A stretch of 64,000 nt of DNA from Hemiscyllium ocellatum (GCF_020745735.1 NC_083418.1:17005776-17069775); one strand, 5' to 3'; counted from the stretch's first letter, positions 40,588-52,580 are shown. The notes: a model not told the origin generated them from the letters alone. Numbers and translations are program-made.

Positions 40588-40717
40588 GTCCTGAAGAGGG
40601 ATTACACCCGAAACGTTGACTTCCCCATCTCCTGATGCTGCCTGGCTTGCTGTGTTCTTCCAGCCTCCTGCCTGTCGACTTTGGATTCCAGCATCTGGAG
40701 TTTTGTTTTTGTCTCCA
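40588..40717 (+). mobile_element. Penelope-terminus element (family C) with a hammerhead at 40588-40620
   Basis: GTC-CTGAAGA-GGG-ATTACA-CCC-GAAA-CGTT-GAC, with stem I GTC/GAC. Confidence 0.78.
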
Positions 40718-41343
40718 TCCCATTTTCAGGCTGTGCATTACTGATCTGAACAAATCAGAAAAGAAGTCTTTTCTCCTCCCTATATGTGTTATGCTTTCAA
40801 ATCATCAAATCTGTGCCCTCTCATTCACCGCCGTTTTCTGTGCAAGAACAGTTTCACCCTATCTCCTCTGTCCACATCATTCATAACTGTTAACGCTTCT
40901 ATCAGACCTCCTCTTAGCCTTCCCTTCTCCGAGGAGAACAATCCCAACCTCTCCGATCTATCCAGAAGTTTCTCATCCCTGAAACAGTTTTGTAAGTCTC
41001 TCCCACACTCAGTCTGATATATTCATGTCCTTCCCATAATGTGGCACCTGGAACTAAACACAGCCTCCCAGCTGAGGTCTAACACAAGCTCGGCAACACC
41101 TCCTTGCTATGCCTCTGTTAATAAATCCCAGGATACTGTAAGCAAAGTGATTAAACCCACTCACTTGAGTTTCTTTCGTTTTCTTCTGGGTTTAACTCTT
41201 CATGAAGACAGTCAGATCTGTACCTTTGCAGAATTGTAGTATTCAACCAGCTGCCAATTCCTGGTATCGACCACCTTCCCCAATGTGTAATAGTGGGTAC
41301 GTTGTGGTCTGAGGACATTCACTGTCAGCTGTCTTCCTTTACC

Positions 41344-41490
41344 TAGGAGAAAGGGAAGACTGCAGGTGCTGGAGAGCAGAGTCGAGAGTATGGTACTGGA
41401 AAAGCACAGCAGGTCAGGCAGCATCTGAGGAACAGGAGAATTGACATTTCGGGCATAAGCCCTTCATCAGGAATGATTGCTGATGAAGGG
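41344..41490 (-). mobile_element. Penelope-terminus element (family A) with HHR core at 41443-41470 and a short inverted stub
   Basis: Minus strand CTGATGAAGGGCTTATGCCCGAAATGTC; inverted CTGATGAAGGG at 41480-41490. Confidence 0.85.
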
Positions 41491-42207
41491 TTTCTGTCTG
41501 CTCTGTCTCTCTTTGTCTGTCCAGTGCTTGTCCATAACTGCAGCTGATGGACCTGCTCTGCTTCACTGCTGCTTCTTTTCATTTTAGGTTTTCTGAATCT
41601 TTGCAGTCTTTCCTTCCTTATTTTACTACATTTCCACCATTTGTGACTGTACTTTCAGCCATCTGGACTGTTGAATTTTCTCCCTCTCTCTCTCCTCATT
41701 GAACATTTTCTTGAAACACCCTCTTTGATCACATGTTTGTGCACCAGTCCTCATATCTTCTTCTGCGTTCTGTAGTGGGAATTAAACAGGATTTTACAAA
41801 AATGGTGTGGCATCAGGAGCAAGGTGGGACCTTACAAGCTCACTTTATAAAGGCACATTTTAGCAGGCATGATCTGATACACACTGTCTCAGCCTTGAGA
41901 GCAGACTACAGAATATAAACAGATTCGTATCGACAGAAGAAGTGAAGGACCTGGGAAAGAGGATTTCAATATACTGTACAAGAATGAAATGTACAATGTA
42001 TGTGAATGTGATCATGGGGGTTAGAGGTTGATGATTTTCTGTATTTATTGAGGCAGAGCTCTGCAGAACCAGGCAGCACATCAGACAATGCTGTGTTTCG
42101 CCAGACTGAGATGGATTCTCTCTCTCTGAGGCTGTTGGAATAAACCTGAAGTTAACCTGAGTACTCCTGAGATTTGTGTAGGAGATTAACCACAACAGCT
42201 CGATGAT

Positions 42208-42688
42208 AGGGTAGCATGGTGGTTAGTGCTGCTAACCAGCGCTAACCACTAGGGACGCGGGTTCATAGAATATAGAGCATTACAATACAGTAGGGGCCCT
42301 TTGGCTTTCGATGTTGTGTTGCCCTGTGAAACCAATCTAACCTACACTATTCCATTATCATCTATATGTTTATCTGATGACCAGTTAAATGCCGTTAAAG
42401 TTGGTGAGTCTACTCCTGTTGCAGGCAGGGCGTTCCACGCACTTAGTACGCTCATGTGACTATCTGTGTGAAGTTTGTACATTCTCCCCATGCCTGCAGG
42501 GGGATTTCCTCCAGGTGCTCCAGTTTCTTCCCACAGCTGTGTAAGCTAGGTGCATTAGCCATGCTAAGTTGCCCATAGTGTGGGGTTTAGCCAGGGGAAA
42601 TACAGGGTTGGAGGATGGGATGCTCTTTGGAAGCTTGGTGTGGACTCGATGGGCCGAATGGCCTGCTGCCACACTGTAATGATTCTAC
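42208..42688 (+). mobile_element. HE1/V-SINE-like SINE split by a CR1 3' end
   Basis: The head (…AGGGACGCGGGTTCA) stops at ~42265; the body resumes as GTGACTATCTGTGTG at 42456. Confidence 0.8.
42266..42453 (-). mobile_element. CR1 LINE 3' end
   Basis: Collinear with 54355-54530 (AACCTACACTATTCCA...AAAGTTGG...GTCTACT...GTTCCACGC). Confidence 0.85.
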
Positions 42689-44257
42689 AATAACACTTCT
42701 TAAAGCACCCTGAGATGGCAGCCTATGGTGAGAAAGTATTGTTGTTAATGTGTGCATTTGATGACGATCTCCAGAATTGAATTGCATCTGTGCTCAGTAA
42801 GCCAAGAAATAACTTGATTATTTCTCTTGTAGTCTTCAATATAAAAGGCCATTAGCTGAAACACAAGTGCAGCTAAACAGGATGTGATGGTTCTGCTGAT
42901 TTAAAATTAATTACACCTTTAGCAGTTTTGCTGTTTGCTGTTATTTCTAAGCTTTTTCACTTGTTATTACCACTTCTGTAGGCTTTTTGTGAGACCCATG
43001 ACCATCTTAAACTTATTTCATCTTGGCTTTCATTCATTTTGCATTATCTTACTCATTTTTGCTGTCTCTCATTCTCAGCAATCTTTGCCAAGCAATTAAT
43101 ATTAATAATATTAGCACTTGCAAAACACTCAAAAATTCAGTAGACTTCACACAGTAAATTATGTTTGAAATGCAAAATTTGCTTTTATGAAGGTAAATGG
43201 CATTATTGATTCACGTTGAAGGAGTTTGTTTTAGGCTTGTACGATGTCAATGCTAATTAAAGTGCTGACTTGTTATTGCTACTGAAGTCCTTCAACACAC
43301 TCCCCACTCCTGTGCAGTCTTCATAAAGACATCGAACATAGAACAGTACAGACAGGATGGTTCAAATACTTTTGTCTTTCCAGAACTAATTCAGAAAATG
43401 AAGAGGAAAGGAGATGATTTCAATGACTAGAGAAGACTTGAGGAGAGAGGTTGACATTAGCAGGGTAAAGGAACCCGAATGAGTAATTAAACAACAGAAA
43501 GGTAACACGTCTTGCATGACCTTTACATGATAATAGTACCACCTCAAACAGGTCCAAACATTTCGAGACAATTAGAGACAGGACACAAAGAACAGTACAG
43601 CATAGGACCAGGCCCTTCCGCCGTCCAAGCCTGCACTGCCACATTTTGCCTTCCCATGTTAAGACTATCTTCACTTACAGGATGCGTATCCCTTTATTCC
43701 CTTCTTATTCATGTATTCATCCAAGTGTTTCTTGAATGTTGCTGCTGTGTTTGCTAAAAGGAATTGTGATACCAACTGGGATCAAATATCATTGACCTCA
43801 ATGATTTTGGGTGCAGTAGTTTCATAGTAAAGCAGCAGAGTCATGGATGTCAAGAAATTATACCCAAAGACCTCTCACAAACTAATAGTCAAGCAGAAAC
43901 ATTTTTAGCTAAGAATATTTGAGTGATACCATTCTCTCTGAAACTCTTGTGTTTCTACCTAGAATTAATAATGAGAAGAATGCATTAACTCAAACATGAG
44001 ATCTCACAGGGAGAGATTCAAATCAAACCACCTCCAAAAGCCCACCAACGATGTTGTTACAATGCAAGAGTGGCTTCTTTAGGCGATCTCATGTTTGGTA
44101 ATCCTGGCATGCTGCAGTTTGTGCAGAGCTGACATCTTGTGCAGGAAGCTGCCAGTTTTTAGACAGAGTTGTAAAACGTACCAGGAAAGGGAGCTCAGTT
44201 GTACTGACAGCTTCACGATGTGAAATAATGGATGTAACTCAGGACAGTGAGAATGTA

Positions 44258-44479
44258 GCTTAAAAATGTGTTGCTGGAAAAGTGCAGCAGGTCAGGCAGC
44301 ATCAAAGGAACAGGAGAATCAATGTTTCAGGCTTAAGTCCTTCTTCAGGAAAGAAGAAGGGCTTATGCCCGAAACGTCGATTCTCCTGTTCCTTTGATGC
44401 TGCCTGACCTGCTGCGCTTTTCCAGCAACACATTTTTAAACTCTGATCTCCAGCATCTGCAGTCCTCACTTTCTCCTAG
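44258..44479. mobile_element. Palindromic Penelope-terminus element (family A)
   Basis: Inverted arms around ~44350 carry HHR cores (the plus-strand one lacks its first two nt); 12-bp TSD AGTGAGAATGTA at 44246-44257 and 44480-44491. Confidence 0.88.
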
Positions 44480-44889
44480 AGTGAGAATGTATACTGATTA
44501 AATAATGGATATAATTCAGGAGAGTGAGAACATATATTGGATAAATAATGGATTTAAATGAAGGGAATAGGAATATATGCTGAATAAATAATGGATATAA
44601 CTTATGTTGGATAAATAATGGACATAATTTCGGGGAATGAGAACATATATTGGATAAATAATGGATCTAACTGAGGGGAATGGGAATATATACTGGATAA
44701 ATAATGGATATTAACTGGGAGAATGAGAAAAATACATGAATAAACAATAGATATTGAAATAACTCCACAGAGGCTGGATTCCTGTCAGCAAGTCCCCTTT
44801 ATAATTACACCGAAACAGTCCTTGACTTTAGTTTGGCTGTTCAGAGACATCTCTCAGAGAGAACAAAATCTTTGACCCACCTGTTTCTT

Positions 44890-45206
44890 CTTTTTTCCCT
44901 GTTTATAATATTTTATTAAACAAATTACAAAACAGTTTACAAAAAACAGTTAACATTTACAGCTGTATACAAGAGCAACTTTACAAGGGAGAGAAGCAGC
45001 AAAGCCAGACCCCAAACCCTCCTGTTCAACCAGTTTACAGGGAGATGAGGACAAACCTCAAATCCCAGTTTCACATTATGACAAGACAGTGACAATGACA
45101 TTTCTACATAAAAAGCCAATCCAGTTACATAAAAAAAAGTGCATACAATACAGATCAAGCAAGCCCCTATCCCTCCCACCTTCCGACCACTCTAAGGCAG
45201 CCTACT
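44890..45206 (-). mobile_element. 5'-truncated L1/Tx1-type retrocopy (3' UTR-like sequence plus A-rich tail)
   Basis: Exact 14-bp TSD CCCACCTGTTTCTT at 44876-44889 and 45207-45220; minus-strand AATAAA at ~44912-44917 followed by an A-rich tail. Confidence 0.75.
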
Positions 45207-45233
45207 CCCACCTGTTTCTTTTTGTTTGTAAAC

Positions 45234-45285
45234 CAGGGGAGAGCGCGAACGCAGTCCCCCACTACCACAAATTTTGCAGTCTAGT
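45234..45285 (-). pseudogene. RNU1: U1 snRNA 3'-terminal fragment (Sm site and stem-loop IV)
   Basis: Minus strand ACTAGACTGCAAAATTTGTGGTAGTGGGGGACTGCGTTCGCGCTCTCCCCTG matches the last ~52 nt of vertebrate U1 (human ACTCGACTGCATAATTTGTGGTAGTGGGGGACTGCGTTCGCGCTTTCCCCTG) with 3 differences. Confidence 0.92.
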
Positions 45286-45477
45286 ATTGGACCAGATTAA
45301 CAGCCCCAATCAGGGAACTCATATTCTCTGAGGTCCAGCTGGCTGACCTCATTACAATCACTACAGATATAACTCCAGACAGTGACAATAGAAACTGGGT
45401 AAATAATAGATGTAACTCAAGACAATGAAAATATATTCTGTATCAGCACTGGTTCAAGGCGGATATTAGAAAAAGTC

Positions 45478-46080
45478 CTTTTACATCCTTTATTTGTCAG
45501 AGTATTGAGTAAAGGAATTGGGAGGTCATATTGCAGATATACAGGACATTGGTTAGGCCACCTTTGGAATACTGCATGCAATTCTGGTCTCCCTCCTATA
45601 GGAAGGTTGTTGTGAAACCTGAAAGGGTTCAGAAAAGATTAGCAAGGATGTTGTCAGCGCTGGAGGGTTTGCGTTATAGGAAGAGGCTGAATAGGCTGGG
45701 GCGGTTTTCCCTGGAGTGTCAGAGGCTGAGGTGGACCTTTTAAAGGCTTGTAATATTATGAGGGGCATGGATAGGGTGAAGAGACAAAACTAGAGGGCAT
45801 ATGTTTAGGGTGAGAGGGGAAAGATATAAAAGAGACTTAAGGGACAACTTTTTCAAGCAGAAGGTGGTATGTGTGTGGAATAAGCTGCCAGAGGAAGTGG
45901 TGGAGGCTGGTACAATTACGACATTTAAAAGGCATCTGGATGGGTATATGAATAGGAAGGGTTTTGAGGGCTAAGCGTCAAATGCTGGCAAATGGGACCA
46001 GATTAATTTAGGATATCTGGTCAGCATGGACACATTAGACCAAAGGGTCTGTTTCCATGCTGTACATCTCTATGACTCTA
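45478..46080 (+). mobile_element. CR1 LINE 3' fragment
   Basis: Peptide QIYRTLVRPPLEYCMQFWSPSYRK...ERVQKR; TCTATGACTCTA tail. Confidence 0.92.
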
Positions 46081-46809
46081 AGAAGGTCTACTTCAAGATA
46101 GCAATAAGCACAATTCAATTTGATTCCATGAAGTTACCAGGATCTTCAGGAACTATATGTGCCTTCTGTCATATAGAGTTTCCATTGTGTGTGAGATTAG
46201 TAGAATGGGTGGAGCCAATATAATATGTATATTAACCCCTTCAGAACCATGACCTGCATGACAGTTTGATGTGATTTTGAATCTGGAGGACCAATTGGAT
46301 GTCTTCCAGTTCTGAGGGATAACAACCTACAATTAAATAACTGTAAGTACAATTTAATGTGGAATTGCCCTCTCAACAACTCTTTAAAGCCTTAGTTCAA
46401 AATAGATACAGCACCCAGTTGTCACTGTGGAGGGGTTGGTGGCGCTGGGGGGATTGGAGACTGTGTAATCCATCTGCCCAGTATCCCTCAGTGCAGAGAA
46501 GGCCTGATAGAGCTCTGAGCCCCTGGCCTGCTGCCAGGATTCCCATCTCCAGGCACTTAAATCATCCGAGTCAGTTCTGGAATTGGAGGTCAAGTGAGGA
46601 AATTACAGTCCGCCTCCTTTCAGACTGCTGGGTAATGCTCTTAATGATAATGCTCATTGTTGCCATGGAGATGCCAGCCCTAAGCCCACCCCCCTGTACA
46701 AATGGTCTGACCCTCAGCCTCCATTTCTGCTCTTGGCTGGGTCCCACAATGCGTCACATTTCTCTCAGAATCCCTACAGTGTGGGCCCATTGAGTCCAAA
46801 CTGTAGGGA

Positions 46810-47074
46810 TTCTGAGAGAAATCACTCCCTTACCCTAACCTTGCATTTCCCATGGCCAATTCACCTAGCCTACACCTTCTCAGACACCACGGGCAATGTA
46901 GCATGGCCAATCCACCTAACCTGCACACCTTTGAACTGTGGAAGGAAACCGGAACACCCGGAGGAAACCCATGCAGACACGGGGAGAATGTGCAAACTCC
47001 ACACAGATCTGGGGCTGGAATTGAACCCTGGCACTGTGAGGCAGCAGTGCTAACCACTGATCCATCATGCCACC
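46810..47074 (-). mobile_element. tRNA-derived SINE (HE1/V-SINE-like)
   Basis: Minus strand CAGTGGTTAGCACTGCTGCCTCACAGTGCCAGGGTTCAATTCC...GAGTTTGCACATTCTCCCCGTG. Confidence 0.9.
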
Positions 47075-47461
47075 CTTATCAAGCATGTTACTATTCACTG
47101 ACCTATGGTACTTTGAAATTAGTGAGGTGGGACATAGTAAGAAAACATATACCGCATTTCAACAATATAAGCCGAGGTTTAACAACAAAATCTCATACTG
47201 TCGCTGTCTAAATTAATTTATGCTTATTCTCTCAGTTGAATGTTGTATTTATATCTCCAAAGTTTGCTGGTGTCCTTTGATTTGCACTCTCCCTCCTTTT
47301 TTGCATCCAGAAACTTGGCCTGGATCCATCACAGCCTTTGTCTGCTGTTGAAGAACTGCCTTCCCCACCCCCCCCCTACAATTTCCTTCATTTAGCACCA
47401 TGTTCTGAGCACTAGCCTCATCTTCCCCTTGGTGTTTGACAGGTTATAATTACAATCAATC

Positions 47462-47483
47462 CTTTCTCTCTCTCTCTCTCTCT
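47462..47483. repeat. (TC)n microsatellite
   Basis: About nine TC units. Confidence 0.85.
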
Positions 47484-48555
47484 GCTGCTAACCTCTCATT
47501 TTCCCCAGAAAAGTGACATTTACTGCTTCCAAACCGGAGGAATGTGGACTCAGTTTACTGAAATTCTTCACATCGTGGAATGTTTCTGGGGAGGGGCTTG
47601 GCATGTCTCTCATCTGTTCATTTAAAATGAAACAGTAAGCCTTCAGTACCATCAGTGAGCACCAATGTCATGACACTCTGCTCTGCTATCCACAATGCTA
47701 CTGCTTTAAGTTCATTCATTAAACAACAGTGAACTTATACAAACACAAATATAATCTCCTGTACAAGACAAGTTTCACTTCATCAAAATCTAATGGAAAG
47801 TAAATTGGACAATTACAAATGTAATCTATTGAATGTACAGAATATGAACTCAAACTGTTCATTTAAAACCAAAGCCAACTACAATGTTCCGCATGTTAAT
47901 ACCTTTCTGAAATCCAATCATTCATATAGAGATGCTTTTATAAGCCATACAACACTCCCACAAACTTATACAATGAGCTAAATGGGTTAAACTATTGAAT
48001 GCCGTGGTTGATTGACTCGGCTCTTTATGTGGCTTCCCTTCACCTTGCCCTTCCTGCAGCAGACCTTCTGCATTGAAGGCCACTGAACTTACTTTCAGTT
48101 TCACACCTGGTCTGGTCCCTTTCACAGAGGGAATACAGACTTAACTGAAGCACATCAGTCTGTCTGTACAATCAACACCTCAAGAGCAGCACCTTACCTA
48201 ATTATGCTAGTCACTCAATATTTGCATGCACGTTTAAACATAATACACATCGGTATTCACAGCTGCTTGACAGCTGATTACTTGGGGTGGGTCCATAAAA
48301 GCTAGCACTAATCTTGAACCTAATTCCCATGCCCTATTCCCAACTTCCAGATTTTCCGCTGCTGAGCTGGATAGTTTGAGCTGGAAATTTCCTGCTTTGC
48401 TGTGAGTGACTTGGAAAAGAAGAGACCGCAGTTGTCACGATGGTCACTGTGGGAGCAGTATGACGTGGATGAAGAGCAGAGTGCAGAAACTATGCACAGC
48501 TCAGTGTCCAGGCCGGCTGGTTAGAAGACTCTTTCCTGGTTCTGGCTCTCACTTA

Positions 48556-49520
48556 TAGAGTTATAGAGTTGTAGAGCATGGAGACAGGCCCTTTGGCACA
48601 TACTGGTCCAGCCTGAACAAAATGCTAACCTCATTTCCCTGCACTTGGCCCACATCCTTCTAATCCTTTCCTGTCCATGTATTTGTCCAAATGCCTTTTG
48701 AATGTTGTTAATGTACCCTCTTCAACTACTTCCGCTGGCAGCTCATTCCATATACCATTCTCCATGTAAAAAAAAGTTGCCCCTCAGGTTCACTTTTATC
48801 CTTTCCCCTCTAACCTCAAACTGATGCCCTCTAACCTCGATTCCCCAACCCTGGGAAAAAGACTGAGCGCATTCAGCCTATCCATGCCTCTCATGATCTT
48901 ATGCACTTCTGTAAGATTTCCACCTCAGTCTCCTATGCTGTAAAGAAAAAAACTTCTAGCTTGACCAATCTGTCCCTATAACTCAGAGCCTTGAGTCCTG
49001 GCAACATCCTTGTAAATTTCTTCTGCACTCTTTCCAATTTAATAACATCCTTCCTGACAGAACTGAACACAAAACTCCAAGTGTAGCCTCACCAATGTCC
49101 TATACAACTGCAACATAATGTCGCAACTTTGATACTCACGCCCTGACTGCTGAAGGCCAGTGTGCCAAAAGCTTTCTTCACTGCCCTGTCTATCTGTGAC
49201 TCCACTTTCAGAGAATCGTGCACCTCAACTCCAAGGTCCCTCCGTTCCATTACACTCCTTAAGGCCCGACCAGTCACGATGAAACTCCTACGTTGATTTG
49301 ACTTTCCAAAATGCAAGAGCTCACACTTATCTATATTAAACTCCATTTGCCATTTCCCAGCCCACTTCCCCAGCTGATCAAGATCCTGCTGCAGTTCCTG
49401 ATAACCTTCCTCACTGTCCACAATACCTTCTATTTTAGCGTCATCTACAAACTTACTAATCATGTACATTCTCATCCAAACAAACAGCAATGGATCCAGC
49501 ACCAATCCCTAAGGCACTCC
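48556..49520 (-). mobile_element. CR1 LINE 3' fragment (RT C-terminal half)
   Basis: ISKFVDDAKIEGIVDSEEGYQELQQDLDQLGKWAGKWQMEFNIDKC; TAGAGTTA-type tail at the left. Confidence 0.93.
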
Positions 49521-50236
49521 TCTTACTTTCTCATGTCCCGCCCACTTATCATGGTTCCCTTTTACACCAAGTCAACTTATGTCCCATACAAACCCCATCA
49601 TCCCTTCCAGCCCCCATGTAAATTCATTCCAATTCATCAGTCTCAGTCAGATCTTAGTAGCCATGCGGTGATTAAAATAAAGAAATTAAAGCTCTAGAAA
49701 TCTAACACTGTGCTCATAAAAAGACTTGATCATAAAATAAATTTCCATTCACAAAAGCCTATTAAAAACTACTTTTGATTCTCAAGTGTTGGCAGATGAG
49801 CTGGAGTTAAGGGTGCGTACAACTGGACATTTGACTGGCAACAGACCTCTGATTGGTCTGCGGACTGGAATGGCAAAGGGATTCTGCCACCAGCAACAAT
49901 GCGATTGGTCACATCAGGAAGGTGTACTGTTGGCAGCTGTGAACATGATACAGGAAGCTATCAGACTTATACATGTTCAGACAATCTCTCTGTTCTCTGC
50001 AGTAAAACTTATTTAAGCCCGATAACACCAATTCATTCATCCTTCAGCAGCCTCTATAAGTTGACTTTTAATTAAGAAGTCAGAGATATTTATAAGTTCT
50101 AACCAGCCTTCTGATAAAATCTGGAAAAGGAACACCGAGAAGCAGCATTCTGATTAGCCTAAGGATCATCTCAGTAGGTCTTGTGAACATGAACCATCGA
50201 TCAGTTTTCCCAGTTTTCTCTCCATTCATAAAACCC

Positions 50237-50402
50237 TTTGTGTGTGTTTGTGTATGTATGTGTATGCGTTTGTGTGTACGTAGGTGTGTTTGCCTGTTTG
50301 TGTGTCTGTGCTTGTGTTTGTACGTGTGTGTCCGTATCTCTGTGTTTGTGTGCATGTGCATGTATATGAGTCAGTGTGCGTTTTTCTGTGTGTGTGCATG
50401 TT
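50237..50402. repeat. Imperfect (TG)n microsatellite
   Basis: TG-rich low-complexity tract. Confidence 0.9.
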
Positions 50403-51630
50403 TAGGTTATAGTTTTAGCCAGTAGAATTAGATGCTGATGGTTCATAATTGTTTACCTGCAGCTCATTTCAATTATTAAAGAACTGGGGATCCTAATAAA
50501 TGTCGAATTGTGACAGTTAAACAGATTTTGCCCACATTTATCCTGTACATTTGTGGAGTAAGACTCATGAAACACTCGAAATTGGGACTTCCACATCGGG
50601 AATAGGTCCTCGGGAAAAGGCATGTAGTGTCTTTCTAGCTCTGCAAATATCTGCAGCTAATCATCGCTTTCACATCAAGGCGTTTCCAGGTCAGTTATAA
50701 AGAAGGCATCAACTCTGGAGGAGGGCAGGAACCTGTCAGAAACACCCGTAGAGCGTTTCCAAGATTAGCTTCCGATTGTTGTGTGGACTGGTGCTGTAAG
50801 TGTGTAATCTAGCCACACAGTTTATTCACCAGACAGTTTCTGCTGCGCATAGAGAGAGAATTGCAAAAACAAAATCATGATATGCAAATATAAACTGCAA
50901 GGGGGAGATTATGGGGATGAAATTAGACTTAGGCAGGAACAACAGAATCACATCTGCCCACTGTTAAAGGACGTGCTAATAACCATCTGTAATGACATCT
51001 GTAAAACTGAGTGTGAGATAGACTATAAAACAAGCCAACCCATTTGATCAATCCTGTGGTGGAGTCCCTGCTGAACTGCTGAACCGAGACCTCCTCAGTG
51101 ACTTGGTGTTTCATTTCCAAAGCGGGGTAATCCCTACAAACAGGAAAACAAAAACAAATCTACTTTCAGGATGTGAGGAGCTTACCAGTGGCTGCTCAGC
51201 AAAGGGTTCCTGGTGACTGGTGAACTCTCATGTCGAATTTCCTCCCAGCTTGCTGCTGAGCAGCCTGGATGGTTAGTATCCAGAGTGGCATCTAACTGGG
51301 CTCCTGTTCCAGTTCGGAAAGTTTCAGCTGGGGCGGATTTCACTCCTGACACTTGACTGACATTTCAGGGCGTCTCGTCAGTTTCACAGTCTCTGATCGG
51401 ACTCTGCATAGTCTGGGGTTCAGAGGGGTAGCCATGCTGAGCTGTCATCTCCTGGGGACAGACTGTGATTGTTTACTGGGGGTGGGGAATTTGAGAAGGG
51501 GGGTGGAGAAAGGGAAGAAGGTGGTTGTAGGTGAGGAAGGGACAGAAAAGGGAACTGGACATAGACAATGTTCACTGGGAGAGCTAACCAGCAGTTACAC
51601 TCCAATGAAGGGTAAACAGCCCCATAACTG

Positions 51631-51769
51631 ATCAAGCAGCATCCGAGGAGCAGGAAAATCAACATTTTTAGCAAAAGCCCTTCATCAGGAATCCTGACCT
51701 GCTGTGCTTTTCCAGCACTACTCTAATCCTGACTCTAATCTCCAGCATCTGCAGTACCCACCTCCACTT
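51631..51769. mobile_element. Rearranged palindromic Penelope-terminus element (family A) with a degenerate HHR
   Basis: AGCCCTTCATCAGGAATCCTGACCTGCTGTGC; 13-bp TSD AGCCCCA(T/G)AACTG at 51618-51630 and 51770-51782. Confidence 0.8.
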
Positions 51770-52169
51770 AGCCCCAGAACTGCACAGGGTTCAGAGGGCA
51801 CAGTTCAAAGGATTGTTTGGCCCACAGCAAAGAGATACAAAGGAGGATGTTTGATTTGATTGAGTGCACTGGGTGGCTGGGTAACGGTGGATGGTTTAGT
51901 GGCTGCAGGATGTGTTATTGGAGTGACGGATAAAACACAAGGCAGAGGTAAGTTCCACAAAGCAACTTACCCAGATTTTAACCCCCACAACTACAATCGT
52001 GCTGTGCCGTTGAGGATTCTGTGGTGTAAATTTGCAACTCAGGGACCAACAGCAGCTGCTTCCTGTCTGATTCAATCCAACCTGCAATGTCTCTTTATAT
52101 TTTATTTTCTTCCATCCCGAAGTGTTGTCACACGCACCCTTCCAACCACCAAAATTACCGGGCCTATTT

Positions 52170-52580
52170 TGTTTTGCTTTTTTTCCAAACTAGCAACCAT
52201 TGCCAGTAAAAGCACCAAATTGCATATTTACAAGCAAAGCCCATTATAGGCAAAGTAACCATCAAAGGCGACGGGGAGACGGTTGCAAGAGCAGGAAGGG
52301 ACTAAATCAAAATGGAGTTGGAGCTGGGAAAGTAAAGCACTGCGTCTCCCCCTGCAGTGCCCCCTCTCTCTAAAGGCAACATGGCACCGTGTGCTCCCTC
52401 TCCAAGGATATCCTGGCATGAAAATAGCTGCAGAAGAGGGGAAGCAGGCAGCACGGCCCACTGCCTGGTTTATTGCCAGCCTGGCCAGCCCCAGGAGCAG
52501 ACCCATGCAGAGGCCCTCTGATCTGTTCACACCCCTCCTCACCAAAGATCAGGAGCATTGGGCTAAAGTGCAAACAGCAA
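52170..52580 (-). mobile_element. Tx1/L1-clade LINE ORF2 C-terminal remnant plus 3' UTR
   Basis: Frameshifted peptides HFSPMLLIFG, MGLLLGLARLAIN, CLLPLFCSYFHARISLEREH, AFRER, resembling fish Tx1 ORF2 C-termini (recall). Confidence 0.7.

Larger units (their letters stand above)
44755..45365 (-). mobile_element. Solo LTR with two internal insertions
   Basis: TG...CA termini and an exact 5-bp TSD GATAT at 44750-44754 and 45366-45370. Orientation is inferred. Confidence 0.75.
44222..45440. repeat. Degenerate 43-bp minisatellite interrupted by a Penelope palindrome and a solo LTR
   Basis: AAATAATGGA recurs at 44500, 44543, 44586 and onward; units resume after 45365. Confidence 0.8.

Noticed and set aside
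44890-45285. U1-headed SINE (SINEU-like) or U1-LINE chimera
   Set aside because: The fragment is the U1 3' end rather than the 5' head, and the 14-bp TSD lies between U1 and the tail.
45234-45285. Functional U1 gene
   Set aside because: It lacks the 5' two-thirds, including the splice-site recognition sequence.
38821-47074. tRNA genes at SINE heads
   Set aside because: The A/B boxes continue into SINE bodies and tails, and no full cloverleaf is present.
50080-50425. His/Thr-rich and Cys/Val-rich ORFs
   Set aside because: They are translations of a (TG)n microsatellite.
39700-51100. WGVELG (~39720) and DSTTGLI (~51050) as glucose-6-phosphate isomerase C-terminal motifs
   Set aside because: The motifs are in the wrong order on the minus strand and the flanking residues do not match, so this is treated as coincidence.
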